A stretch of DNA of 64,000 bases. It comes from Adineta vaga. Lineage: Eukaryota > Animalia > Rotifera. The notes beneath the pieces were generated by a model. That model did not search any database and had not been told where the DNA came from. It saw only the letters and a list, made by a program, of their open reading frames with translations. Where the stretch lies: assembly GCA_021613535.1 (NCBI GenBank), contig CP075494.1, positions 1,364,001 to 1,428,000 of the forward strand, written 5' to 3'. Shown piece by piece: positions 25,989 to 40,306 of this stretch. Each line of letters begins with the position of its first letter. Position 1 is the first letter of the stretch. Position numbers and translations under genes: made by a program.

Positions 25989-28538
25989 ATGGATCTATCA
26001 CCACGGGAAGAAACAATTGCTACTACTTCCGTGTTTTTCTCATATAAAAGTGTTGTTATTTACAGAACAGAATTGATCATTCGTCGCATTTTATGGAGTC
26101 TACTTATAGCATGGATCTTATCGGTTTCTATCGGATTCATATTCATGTTTTTGCCAAGAAGTAATGATAATCAAAGTTATCCAATCGGTTTTACCGATGA
26201 TTCAGGTAGAGAAGCAGAATATTTTATTCTCACTTTCATATCTGATTTTCTGCTAATACACAAAATCTTAAATTTCCTTCTATTTAAATATGAAGTCAAA
26301 ATATTTTTTTAGAATAATTAAGTTTTTGAAAACATTGATACTTTTATGGTCATTTATTGTTTTCTCATGTGACAAAAATATATTCTTAGATTGAGTTCGA
26401 CCATTGACTGTTACAATTCATTTTAATGCCTGGTTGAAACTCTTTTTTATTGTGATATCATAGATTCGACCCTTTTCGATCTTTTCTATGAATCAAATAC
26501 TCAAATCAATGATTCACTCGTCGTTACAGATTTGTCAACATTGGCAGAACAGGTAATAATGTATGAGTCGGTTCATGTAAATGTCTAATATTTTCATTTC
26601 GTAGATCGCCAAAACATATAGTTCATCTCGTAATATAATTCGAGTGCACTCTGCCAGATTCGTACAAAGTTTAATTTTGACACAGCGAAAACGACAAACG
26701 TAAGTAATTTATATATAATATGTCGGCAAACAAAATTCTCGTCTTCTGTATGACGTACGTTTCTTTTAGTTCATCACTTAGTAATACTACGAGCAATAGA
26801 AGTAAACTTCTGTTTCTTATCGAACTCGAAGTGAAATATCCACCTACATGTGGTGATATCAAAGCGTGTAATGATCATTTCATTACTGTTATTCACAGAA
26901 CAATTCAATCAGGCCCATTGGAAGTTTCTTTTCGCGTAACCTTTACTAACAGTATCACATTAAATGTTGAACTTGTATTTGAATCGCTTAATCGATCATA
27001 TGCGTCAAACGCAACAACAACGACAACAACTACCGGTCAGTCATATGCTAGGTGTTTTGCACTGTTTTTTGTAGTTTCTGAAGAATGATTACATCGAATC
27101 AGAAATCAACAGATGAGATAAGAGATCAGTTGTTTAGGAGCCATTAGTGAAACAAGAGACAATCCAATGCATTTGATGGCGCGTTATTTCTTTCTACTTA
27201 TGCACTAGATTTAGTGGACACTGACAATAGTATTGTAAATGACATTTTCACAACGAAGTCAATACGAAAAATGATAGATGTGCATCAAATGAGAGCATGC
27301 GTACAGAAGTCAGATGATTAGAGTAGGTTGTAAATTTGTTGAGATATTACATATGAATATGGAGAGAATTTGAGAGAAGTATTTTAATACACCTTGTCGA
27401 ATATATAAGATTATCGACAATAAATTTGTATATAATTCTGTTGTGTATTTTATTTCTACTTGTTCTCAAATCGCTTTAAATAAAAAATCTTTTGCATTTA
27501 ACAGCATGCACTTCACTCTTCCCCAATCAAATAACTTACACGACTGGTACACGTCCCCAGGCAATAGTAGTTACAGACGTGAATAATGACAATACACCTG
27601 ATATTATTGTTACAAACTACGGTTCGAGCAATGTCGGTGTTCTTTTCAATGCAGGCAATGGGACGTTTCTTTCTCAAACTACTTACTCTATTAGTAGTTA
27701 TTCATATTCATTAGCTGTGAGCGACGTGAATAATGACAATAAACCAGATATTGTTGTCGCAAACTCTGGTTTGAGCACCATTGGCGTTCTTCTTAATATG
27801 GGCAATGGAACATTTTTTTCCCAAACAACTTACTCAGTCGGTAGCGGTCCATATCCAGTAGCCGTAAGAGATGTAAATGGTGACAAAACACCCGATATAG
27901 TTGTTGCATGTACTAATGTTCAAAGTGTCAGCGTTCTTTTCAACATTGGAAATGGAACATTTATTAATCACAGTTCTTATTTGGTTGGTTTTAATCCACC
28001 CTCAGTAGCGATAAGTGATGTAAATGGTGACAACAATCTGGATATTGTCGTTGCCAACTATAATTCACACAATATTGGTGTGCTTCTGAATGCAGGCAAT
28101 GGGACATTTCTTTCTCAAGTAACTTACGCAAGTGGTAACAATCCAAATTCAGTAACAGTAAACGATGTGAATGGTGACAGCAAACCTGATATGATCATTG
28201 CGGTTTATGGTACGAATAATGTCGGTGTTCGTCTTAATGCAGGCAATGGTACATTTCTTTCTCAAACTAATTACTTAAGTGGTATCGGTCCATATTCAGT
28301 ACAAGTAGCAGATGTTAATAAAGACAACATACTCGACATTGTTGTCGTAAACAGGGATTCTAATAACGTTGGTGTTTTTCTTAACAATGGCAATGGAACA
28401 TTTCTTCCTCAGACAACTTACGCAGTTGGTATCAAACCATATTCAGTTGGCGTAAGTGATGTAAATGGTGACAATAAATCAGATCTAGTTGTAACAAATG
28501 GTGATTCGAACAACGTTGGTGTTCTCTTACAATGTTAA
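25989..28538 (+). CDS. Membrane-anchored FG-GAP/VCBS repeat (beta-propeller) protein, multi-exon
   Basis: N-terminal TM exon (25989-~26205), short internal exons, Thr-run exon ending ACC G|GTCAG (~27035), terminal exon 27505-28538 with seven DVNxDxxxDIVVxN..NVGVLLNxGNGTF repeats. Confidence 0.85.
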
Positions 28539-28676
28539 AACTTATTCGTTAATGTTGGATTATTAAACTCGGATTATTCTCCTTGTAACGTGCTCAGCGA
28601 TAGAAACAAAGAATTTTATTTTTTTGATATTGTGACTTTCAACAAAGTTTGTTCTTTAAAATACTCAGTTAAAATA

Positions 28677-28727
28677 AGGGTGTGAGTGTGAGTATGAATT
28701 TTTTCTTTCTCACCCTCACCCACACCC
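28677..28727. repeat. Inverted telomere-like hexamer element between two convergent genes
   Basis: AGGGTGTGAGTGTGAGTATGAA - spacer - TCTCACCCTCACCCACACCC. Confidence 0.75.
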
Positions 28728-29140
28728 ATCACGACGACGGCGGCTCAGCCGCGCAGCTTACTTCTGTATAATTATGACTAGTTGTTTTTCAGATTAAAGA
28801 GCAAGACATTTATTTAGTAGTTTGTATTCATAGAAAAGTAAAACAAAACATGTTAGGATTTCAAAGGTATAAAGCGGACAAAGGTGGTTTTATAAGATAC
28901 ATTGATTAAAAAACAGTAGAGAAAGCAAGGGAATAGTCTTAAATGAGAGTATGGATATTGCGCAAGTGTTGTAACAATGCATTTTGTCAATGTCAGAGTG
29001 AACTGAAATACCAAGCTTATTCGTATGTTTGACACTGATATTGATTTTAAAATTTTATCCAATTCACAACTTTTTCACTAGAAAGATAAGAAAAAATGGT
29101 AATCGGGTGTGTATTTCTTTGCTTTTCTTACAGAATCACA

Positions 29141-32100
29141 TCAGCAACAGTCACATGTATTTTGTAAAATGTATAATCTACCAGATGATGCATCGCCAAT
29201 AGCAAAATCTAATTTACTGTCACCATTAAAATCGGCTACTACAATCGACATTAGACCGCTTTTTCTTCCAAACGAAAATGTGATCTGGTTCAGAAAACTT
29301 CCGTTATCAATGCCAATTAGTATACCAATGTTATGCATATGCTGGTTCACTACAATAATATCTGGTCGACCATCATTATTCATGTCGCCAACAGCCACGG
29401 ATACTGGATGACTGGAACCGCCTGTGTAATATACTGCTTGCTCTTGAAAGGTTCCATCACCATTTCCGAGAATAACTCCGACTTCATTGGTGCCTGAATT
29501 TGCTACAACGAGATCCAATCGATGGTCATAGTTAAGATCATTTGCAACAATCGATGCGGGTTCACTAAACTGTCCTGTTGACATTATTATCGGTGCACTG
29601 AATGTAGCATCACCATTGCCAAGAATCACGCATACTCTCTCATCATTGGGAAGAACACCAGCGACATCTAACTTTCCATCACCATTAAAATCACCAGTAA
29701 CAAGATACGCTTCATTTCCGATCCAAGTCATTACTTTTATTGTAAAAGTTCCATTACCTTTACCTTCAAGAATGTATAGACTCTTGTCATTAGTGAAGCT
29801 GACAACCATATCTGGTATATTATCTTGATTAAAATCCCCAATAATAATGGATTCTGCACTAGAATATAATTCAATACGAAATGCCACCAGTTGACTAAAG
29901 TGTCCGTTGCCATTGTTGAGTAATATATCTATGCTTTTCCTGTTACTGTTGGCGACAGCAACATCTATGTAGTCGTCACGATTAAAATCCCCCAGAGCAA
30001 GTACGGCTAGTTCGTATTTTGATCCAACAGAAAATATTACTTGTGATTGAAAAGTTCCGTCGCCGTTGCCTAGTAAGATATTAATATGCCCAGTGGGTCC
30101 ATTTTTGACAGCAAGATCTAGGTGACCATCACCATTAAGATCGTCGATTGCTATTGATGGCGATGCGAAATCAAAACTATTATTATAGGAGCTGACTTCT
30201 TGAAAAGATAATTGACATGGTGGCACTAACAAAAAAACACAGAACTGTTTCAAAGAATATAGTACGCGAAACACGTATATTGTTTGTTTCCTTCTATATG
30301 AAGCTCAAAATCAGTGAGATCGTACCTTTCTTATTAGCACTTCACGGTCTCTCCAGAACTAAGGATATATCAATGGAGATAAAAATTTGCTTCGAACATC
30401 TTGCCCATACAGTAAATGAGGTCAAAGACAATTCTTGTTCAAATGCGTAGAGATTTATCTATGTAGAGAATAAGCCGAGAGAGTATTTTCTCGAAGAAGA
30501 TGGATATTTTATCTGCATGTATGACGGTCGAGAAAGAAGATCATCCAGTGGGGTTTCTTTCCTCTACTATATGTGATGAAAAAGTTTACTACCACTAGTC
30601 TCTAAAAAATATCTCCAAACACCGCATGAAATTGGTTTAGTCCTAATGTCTCTCTAGGAAATGAACTGTTGCACTTGTTCTAATTTAAACCTGAACTCAC
30701 TCATAATTTTCATATCGAATGTATATTAGAGTACACATAACCACCGCCCTAGTCAATGTAAGTCGATAGCAAGTAGAACTTATCACAGCATAGAAGTTTA
30801 AATTAATCCGAGATATTTAGAGAACTATGTATACTCTCACACGTACTCCTATGTATTTTCTGCAAGTAGTCTCACACATACCACAGTACGAACACTCATG
30901 AAAGTGCTCATATTCCTCTTCCACATAGAAATGATGTATCGAAAAAGTTTTCAGAACATTTCTGTTGCTCATAACAGAAATCGAGTGAAGTATGTATATT
31001 GAAGATCTGCTAAACTCGTGAAAGAACTAAGAATGCAAACAATGTGTAATACTTCTTAATAAAGATGAAACGTAATTGTCCAACCATACCTCAATATTGA
31101 ACATATTTAGGTCTCAATACTAAGACCTGGAGCAATATATTCTACGTGGCTTCAAATAATATCGACGCTGATCATTCCTGACATTATATTATAGCCTTCC
31201 TTTCTCCACAGTTTACAAACCTACTCCGAAAATTTTCAACGCTCGGTCATTTTCGAAACTTCGATGGCTTCTAAAGTAAGGTTTTGTCTGGTTCTCTTAC
31301 TGCTGCCGTTACTTTTCAAAGTAAGCTAGTCAATCAAATCTTATAAGACAGACAAAGTGAGTTTTTCGTTTTATCATTGAACGAGTTAAAATAGAACTAC
31401 TGGCACCATAGTGCAAGAGATGCGGAGAACAGTCCTGACCTGTTGAAACGAGAGATAACGTTGTCGTTGTTGTTGAACCAATGCCATTAGCTGCAATTGT
31501 ACTGGTTGAAGGAACTATGGAACAAAAAGTATTTGACATATGATTTTGTGAGATGAATAGTAGAGTGAAGACTATCACATATTAGTCATATAAAATGCTT
31601 AGTGCTTCATTTATTCTTTAGAGTTTATCTTCTTTTTTAAGGCATATCAAACCTACCGATACGATAACTGACTTATTGCAAAGGAATATATTGATATGGA
31701 AGTCTTCGGATGAGTTAAGTTAAATGTAGAGTCGCTGACTCTCAAAATAGGTATTAATTTCAAAGCCTAGTTTATCACTTGACATTAGGTTCGGCTTTCC
31801 GCCAATTTTATACTACAAAGATGCTCGAAAAAAAATCAAAGTGACTAATATCTAATCAGCATACAAGAGCGATCACTTAAGTACCAAAAATGAAACAAAG
31901 AAGAACATACTCGTGTGCGTAGCGTCAATCTGTCCCTGTCGACTAAGATAAGCGGATGTTCCAATAAAACCTAAACCACCAAACACAAATACCAAAAAAG
32001 CAAAGAACAAGGTTCGTAGCAGTGCCAAACAAAGCATTGACCTAAGAACAAAAACATCTAAATTTTTGTTTCAATAAAAACAAGAATGACATACTTATGT

Positions 32101-35100
32101 GTCGTAACTGCAGATAGTGATTCTGACGATACAGAAGTATTAGAAATGTCAGTTGAGCATAGTTGGGCATTGTTAGTCTCGATGATCGCCACTTCAGTAC
32201 TACGAACGTGTCTAACAGTATTGGACCATTTCTTTCGAAAGTAATACAGTGGAACCATAAGATAAATTATCTTTGGACACATCCATTTGAGAAGCACATT
32301 GAGACCTCCATACAATCCCAACAGAAGGGTCACTGTATAGAGTGAATTGAGCTTCTGAATATAGGTATAAGAGCAGAATATAGGTGAACAATCTTCGAAA
32401 TATGCTGAGTAATTGACATTGGTCGACCAAGTTTCGACAAAAAGCTCCTTAACAAGATCTGCGATCGTTGTATTAGGAAAGAATCGACTCGCATCTGTCG
32501 AAACAAGCGGTAGAGCATATGTTATATTGGTAGTGTTGATATGATTCATCTGTTGTTGAATAAGATTTATACAAGATGTATCGTATAAACATTGAAAAGT
32601 CGAAGCAAGAAATGAATTAATTGGTGTACAACCCATCTTAAAGCCTTGCACTGAGAATACGTCCGACGAGTTCATCTGGTAAAAGACTGCTTTAGTGGTA
32701 CAATCTGCATCCAATGCACATGAACATCTATTGTCATATAAGATTGGTTCAGAGTATGCAATGCCTATAGCTATTATAAACCGTGCAATATTAATGAGAA
32801 TAATCTCATCGGGACTAAATAGAATTTAAGATCTGTGCACTATGGATACTTGTGCATGTGGCTTTTGTCTTTCATTATCCCTTGTCCTCACTCACACCCT
32901 TACTCTAATTGTCAGCTTCTGCTAACAGTGGGTTATATTACTGTCGTAATAAAGCACTTACCAAAAAATACTATATTATATATTTCAGAAACGCTATATC
33001 CGTAACTGGTTCCATATGTTGTAACAAATGCGTTTCCATGATTGATCGATCGAAGGAGGAAAATAAGCCTAGTAAGTGTTTCAGGCGCATTAGTTTTACT
33101 TTGTTTGATTAATGAATTGATATATGAAGAAAGATCACTTGACGATCGAAGTTGAGTAGTGACAGATGATGACGAAAGAAACTGACTAATCGAATCATGA
33201 ACTGATTGCTTAGAGAGATCACATAACCCGTGAAGAAATTGAAAGTGTGCAAACAGAAAACGCCGATAATCTCGCACTTTATATACAAACGGATTACCAG
33301 ATACACCAGCAATGATCTTCGCTCGCCATTCATCCGAAACGAATACACCTGAGCATACCTATGAATGAGTAGAAGAAAACTTATCACAATGGATTATTGA
33401 CTTTTAATCGAAAATAACGTTGCACGAATATTACAAACGAAATGGTTGTTTGCTTTTCAGGATTCGGTATATGTGAGCGATGTTTTCACAGTTTTCATAT
33501 CGATTTTAGGTAAAGGATAGTTGCACTAATACAACATTGTCATACAAAAGCGTGAAGGTTTCTTTCACCTTAGCAACATGTATTCACAACATTGAAGTAT
33601 TCTTCGTTATTCGCACACTATCTATGATTAATAGTGTGTTTTTTCTAAAAATATCTGATAATAGTTCAGTTGATATTCTGTTTGTATACTGAAAATTTCT
33701 ATACTACGCATTTTCATTGATCTTTGTCAAAAGCATATCAGATAAAGTATGTGTTGTGTGAAATATCTCACGTATTTGCACTGTTTGTATTCTGATAAAA
33801 GACGCGGCAAACAAAGAAAAGCAGAGATATAACAGTAATCTTTGGTATTTTAGAAAAAATAGATCACTCAGAAGAATATACTAATGTGAAGTTGCTTCTA
33901 ACTGATGCATCGCAACTGTGGTGAACTATACTACATCTAAGCATTTAGTTCTTATCAAATCAAATTCTTAATATTTTCTGAGGATCTCTGATGTTTTTCG
34001 ATAAGTTCCTCTCTCGATTAACATTCCATATCTTTCAGTTCAGACAAACTTGGATAATATGCTTCGTTTACCTGATGAAACACAGGTTCAATGGATACAT
34101 AACGATTATAAATCGACGAAATTTTGGAACAAGGACATTGTAGTGTGTCGCTGTGTTGAAGTACAAGATCATTGTAGACACGAAGTGACGGTTTACTGAT
34201 TGTTTCTTTCAAAATTCGAGGTTCAATGATGGTGTAAAAGATAAGAATCGAAAAACCAAGAATGAGAAGCACGAGGTGCAGACGCGTAGCGAGTTGTCCA
34301 AAACGTTTACTTTGTGTACGAGTGACACTACCCATAAAGCGATGCGGAGGGAACATATTTAAGTTGAATAGTGTTGTGTACAAGAGTGTGATTAATTTTT
34401 GCACCGCCATTTTCATTCGCTTTGCCAAAGGTGGTCGAACTATACAAAATAAAAGATTATGTTACTCCTTTTTGGTTATCGTATAAAAGATACTGATTCC
34501 TTGGACTCCGTTTTACCGTCAGTAAGAAGAGATGTTGATTCTAAATAAACATCAATGTTTCTTCTGCTTTAACTAGCTTATAACATCTGCCTCGAAAGCA
34601 GAAAACACATGATTTACATATCGTAAAAGACTATTGGTTCCTTCGTGCCATCACATACAACTGATAATTACGTGTCTAGTAATCTCTAGATACATATTAG
34701 AAAAAGACCCTCACTCAGTTTTCAACTGAATTCGATGTATTCGTCTCTGTTGATCACTCTTCATATGTCTCAATCGTTTAGCAAGATATGAAGTAATAGT
34801 TTTATAAAACAATTCGTGTTTAGTTACCCTGTTGTTGCTGACGAATTCGTGGTTGAATCATTGAAGACACCAATGCAACAAGTTTAGGTATGATAAATGT
34901 TAGTGCTGCGACAAGGCCACTGATTGTAGACATTAATATTATAACTATCTCAACAAAACTTTTTGTTCGTGCTGTGATCGAATAAGTGCAATAATTGGGC
35001 GCACATCGTCGATAGTATTGATCGAATGAGAAAGATACATTCCATTTTTCCACGAGCATCTCCCGAAGTATCACGCCGAGTGAAGTATTCAGCGCAAAAC

Positions 35101-38100
35101 GCGTAGATTCAGGGTTATAAACTAGATGATGAGCATTGAACCATCGGATTCCTGTATATTCTGATGATGCTGTTTCATTCATATATAGATAGAGTAATGA
35201 TAGACAGAATTCTGAATAGAAACATTCAAGTGTCGAGAGCTGAAGAGAATCAATCACGAAACATCCCACGGTCATGCCTGGAACAATTCCATCACTACCC
35301 TCTAGCCCATTGACACGCATTGATGGACGACGGGCAACTGGACTTTGACAAGTGGAATTTACGGCGCAGAGACAGTTTATCGGACTTGCATTTACGCCAA
35401 GAACACCAATCGACCGAAATGACAGCTAAATATTATAGAAAAAGTATTAGATTTATTGTTTTGCAAATCAGGGCTGGAAATGAGCCAGCTCTGATCCCTT
35501 TAATCGACATTATATGGACGGCAATGATTTATCACTCAGTTTATTCATGTTTTACAGAGTTGACCTACCGGGATTATTGATTGATCAAAATAACTGACAT
35601 TTTTTGCATAAGTTAACGGCGAGACACTCTCAGAATTTGGTATTGCCAAAGGCTGATCCACGTGAATGAAAAGTTGTGCTGCATTGATGAGAAGATTAAA
35701 ATTGCTCACTAATGTCTGAGTAAACTGATTGATAGTTGTATTCAATCGAGCATCGAAATTATCTTGATTGATAACGGTCGAAGTAATAAAATATCGCTCA
35801 TTAAATCGAAGAATAGCATCATCAATCGTTTTGTTGATTAATTGACATAAGTTGGATAATAGACGAAAATGTCGAGCATCAAAGCCATACCAAAAGTTTT
35901 CTTCAATCAGTTTCGTCATTTCAATCCACGATTCAACTACGAAGTCACTTGAACAAATTTCGTGAAGAGTCACAGATAATGTAATTAATGTTGAGTACGG
36001 CGTTGTTATATTCGAACACGGACATCTCAATGTACTTGAATACAAATCTTGTAAATTATTATACTTAGCTAACGAAGGATTTGTTACAGTCATCATTATC
36101 ATTTCAACTCGGAGCGAAGTGAAAAGAAGAAGAATCATAATTAAACCTGTAAAAGCACATAAAATAGAAATACAATATTCAAATAAGTACAACGTGGATG
36201 AGGTGAGTATGTGTTCAGTGAATTAAGAGTGTACGTTGATCCTCATTCACACCTATAACTACGCCCACATCCGCCACTCTCAAACTGTATTGTTTGTTTA
36301 ATAGGACTCATGCATAAATCTGCACCAGGAGCCATTCTCGCATTCATTTTACGTCTCAAGGTGTTTCACTGCCCGAAGTCTACTCGCAACCCAAGAAATC
36401 AAGTGTTTAAAAATCGAAAAATCAGTGATACCGTCATGCAAGTAGAAATTTAATAAAATATTACATATCCAAAATATCATACCTGAAAGCAAAATTAGGT
36501 ATATACGTGTACTGATACGCTGTTGTTTGATATCATTTGATGTTCGACGGCTAGCTGATTCGAAGATGTTTAACTGTTTCATCCAAATACCGAGTCTTCG
36601 TATGTCTTTCATAGTAAAACCTGTAAATTAAGATATTAATGTTGTGGAGAAGATACCTAGCCGCGTAATAAGAAAAACATACCGTTGCCGACATTGATAC
36701 TGCTCTGATGATGTTTGGCTTTGAATGATAGATTGACTGAAAAAGCCGCAATAAAACGCAGTATGATGGTAAGACCGCCGTAGAGACTGAGGAAAAGAGT
36801 AATTATATAAGAATAATTTGCCTGATTGACTTTAATATAAGTGCATGACTTGACAGCACATTCTGTAAAGTATTTTGAATAGTCAACTTTTGTCGTCCAT
36901 CGTTCAACAAGAAGATTGCTTAGACGATCGTTCAAAGATATATTTGGTCGATTTGATGATGAAAGTAAATTGGTTGAAGTGAAATTTTTCTACATAGAAA
37001 GTATTTATGAAAACAAAAAAGGACTTAATAACATATACTCGATTTAGATTTGGAAAATAATCAGCCAGAAGTTGAAGACAAGTAAGATCGTACAGACAAT
37101 CAAATGTGCTTTGTAATATACCATCAAGTGGGGTGCATCCTGCGAAAAATCCTGGGACGAGAGCAAGTAGATCTGGCTCAAAGAAAAAGGGCTTTTCAGG
37201 CCAATAGTAACGCAAGCTGACGCTAGCACCGTTCACTATCCAATAGAATCCAGATGGAACGGTGGAATTGACGATATGACAGGGCGAAAAATCTCCAGAA
37301 TCTCTAGGAGCATTCTTGTCCACGTACCAAGTAGGTGACAGATCGGCATATTTAGTTCCAAGAGTCCAAACAGAAACGTATGCATTGGTATTGAGAGCCG
37401 AAACAAGAGAATTTGATCGAGTTGAAATTTGAAGAAAATCAAGGAGTAAATTGATTTGAATAGGTATACTATTGCGAATAAGACTGACACTTCCGTCTAC
37501 CTTCGTTTGTACTTCGTCTTCTGGAAGAAGTTCGACCGAGACAAGTTCGCTATTATCCAGATTGACGTTAGCTTGAAATATTGTTTCTTTGCAGAGAGAA
37601 CAAAGTGAAGCAAGAAGTTCGAACTGAATTAAACCAGAAATGAATAAAACAATCATCAGGTAAAATCAAGTATAGGCAATAGAAATGTTCAACTACTATT
37701 GATAGTTTGATATTAGTCGAATGGCTATCATTTGCTAGGAGCATTTCCAAAATTTATCACTCAGTATAAAATTGAAGTGTTTCTATCTCTAGTTGGAGCA
37801 TAAGATGAGTACAGGAGTCTCATCGATATACAATAAACGTTGTAATTCAGCACACTAACTTTTATCTCAACAATGATTTGCCAGTTGGAAAGCATTCTTA
37901 CCTTCCTAACAAAGTTCATGTTCGTTCACATATAAGAGATGTAGCGATCAATTTGATTCGATCTATCTGAATTCCTCATAGAAAATCTGAATTTTGAATG
38001 CTTTCTCATCTGGTAACATCAATGAAAATAGACCAGATGTTAGAAATATTTGGTGGGATGAAAACACGCTAGCAACATGTTCCAGTATGATGACATATAT

Positions 38101-39307
38101 ACCTCTTGTGCGTGTGTTACCCCTTTTAGGATTCGGTCGACATAATTAAACAATACCTAAGTCACTTTGGACTACGAAACCGAATGATCGGGACCGACCT
38201 ATTTCGAGTCCTGGCTCATGGTAACATATCACTCAATCAATAAATTTGTATTTACCTGTTTACTAGCCGTTGTACGAAAATCCATGACAAGATATTCACT
38301 TGCATTGGATAAATACAGTGATTTGATCCATTTTCTGCTGACAAAAAAACTCGAGCATACAGGATGGAATGATATTATGTGTGAAACAAAGGCATTATAT
38401 GGTATAGTGCTCGTTGTACACGGACATGAAAGTGTTTTGCCATATTTAAGACGAAGTTGATCGAGGTCAGCTGAACTAATATTTGAAACACTGGTTAGTT
38501 CAGATTTTGGATTAACGAAGGCCACAAAAAAAAGGGTGTAAAAAGTTACTAAAAATACAAAAAAAAAATTTCTGCTCATTCTTTTATCTATAAAAGTGTT
38601 GATATCCATCTCGACAGAACGAAATTAAATTCGTGAACAACAGGTAAAGCATGGTACATATTTTGCTTGTAACTTATAAGTTATAGTTACCATAATATGT
38701 ATGTAATTATTTTTTATTGTCTGTTACTTTATTTACTTCATTTTATTTTATTTTATGTATAAAAAAGTTATTATGTTAGTCAACTGGTGATTTTTTTCTA
38801 TTCTATAGAATTTTATGTTTTTGTTAAACTTTTTTATGATAATTCTCTGAAATATTGAAGCAAAAACAATTGCTACAACCATTTTCAAGTCATGTCGTTA
38901 ATTAGAACTGGAAATTCGAAGCAAGTTTAAAAAAGATAAAATAGTAGAATCTCAATTGAAATGTAGAATTTATGTAAGTAAGTAAGTATTTTAAAAAGAC
39001 TTATTTGAAAGATATGACCTTTGAAAAATTTTTAATGTACTTTTTGTACTTTCAATACCGGTGCTTAAGTAAAAGGTAAAGTGTCACCCCTATTAATTAT
39101 TTAAGAACTTTCGCGGCGGGAAGAAACAAGTGGATCTCACTTACTTATGAGTAGAATAACATACAACCGAGTAGCATATTTCTGATTTTTTACATTTGTA
39201 TTTGATTGATGATCACTATTATCATTATATTCTTCTTCGTCCGGTATGAATACATTGTAATTTTGTAATTGTTCTCCACACCATCGTAGCAGGTCTTTCA
39301 CCGGCAT
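29141..39307 (-). CDS. Large multi-exon membrane protein: three tandem Cys-rich TM modules + TM + Thr stalk + C-terminal FG-GAP propeller
   Basis: ATG 39307 (GCCACGATG). Each module has TRLY/TRIY-TM, CPCS/CPCT, FH.VCS, GC...ST..C.Y...C, L.VE.W...Y...C....C.Y and a TM with GGL/SGL. Phase-compatible splices link exons ~32041-31912, 31514-31440 and the FG-GAP exon 30225-29141 (DLNGDGHLDL, DFNRDDYID, DFNGDGKLD). Confidence 0.75.
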
Positions 39308-40244
39308 CGTGGCGACGATCAAAAATGAGCACAGGTTTTTTTCTTTTTTTTAGTATATTTTCGCAGATAGAGAAAACATAGAACTCTTCTATCTGAAATT
39401 TGAATGTAATGATATTTTGTGAAAAAAGAACTTTTTTTCCGACGGTGCTACTATATCTGAAAAAAATAACAAAAAAAATGCAGAAAATAGTCAAATGCAA
39501 TTATATGAGAAATCTTAGAGTTCTCAAAAGATAAAAGATCTTTTTATTAATTGAATCGTGATATATCATAGTAAAAGGAAACAATTTTTTCGCATCAAAT
39601 ATTGCTTTTTATATGTTTTAAAATAGTAGTAATAATACGGCAGAGTTGAACTAATTGGACTGACCGATCTTCGCCTGCTCCAACTGAGTTAATCAGTGCC
39701 TTGAAAAGGTTAGATGACGACCTTGACAACGACGAAACGGACGAAAAACTTGACTTTGAGATGCTGAATGGCGTTTTACTCTAACAAAATACATGTATAT
39801 ACAGTTTTTCTTTTCACGTGAACATATGTCACTCTAGAGATGTTACCAGTCGATACAAACGTTTCCACTAATGATTGCAGAGCAAAACTTACGATCAAAC
39901 AGAGTAAAAAAAGTCTAATAATGATATATAAATTAGAAGAAAAAATGGTCATATTAAAAGGGAGAGAGATGGTATTTGGTAGAAATGTGTATAATGAATA
40001 TTTAAAATAGGATATGATATACAAATTGTTTTTTTTATAAGTGCTTATGAAACGATAATTGTGAGGAAATATCTTGTTAATGAATATCATCTGAAGCGAA
40101 AAGAAAGGCATACAAAAGCTTCGAGATTGTCACGTTTTGATTTCTAGAAAAACAACGTGAAACATACTTACAGATCATAATAGAGAAAACTCATTACTAG
40201 AAAACTTATTAGTTCTATGGTGTAAAATTCTTCGACAAGACATG

Positions 40245-40306
40245 TGAGGATGTGGGTGTGGATGTACAATGCATATAATACTCACATTTACACCCACACC
40301 CTCAAG
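40245..40306. repeat. Inverted telomere-like hexamer element abutting a truncated transposase
   Basis: TGAGGA TGTGGG TGTGGA TGTA - spacer - CTCACATTTACACCCACACCCTCAAG. Confidence 0.8.
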
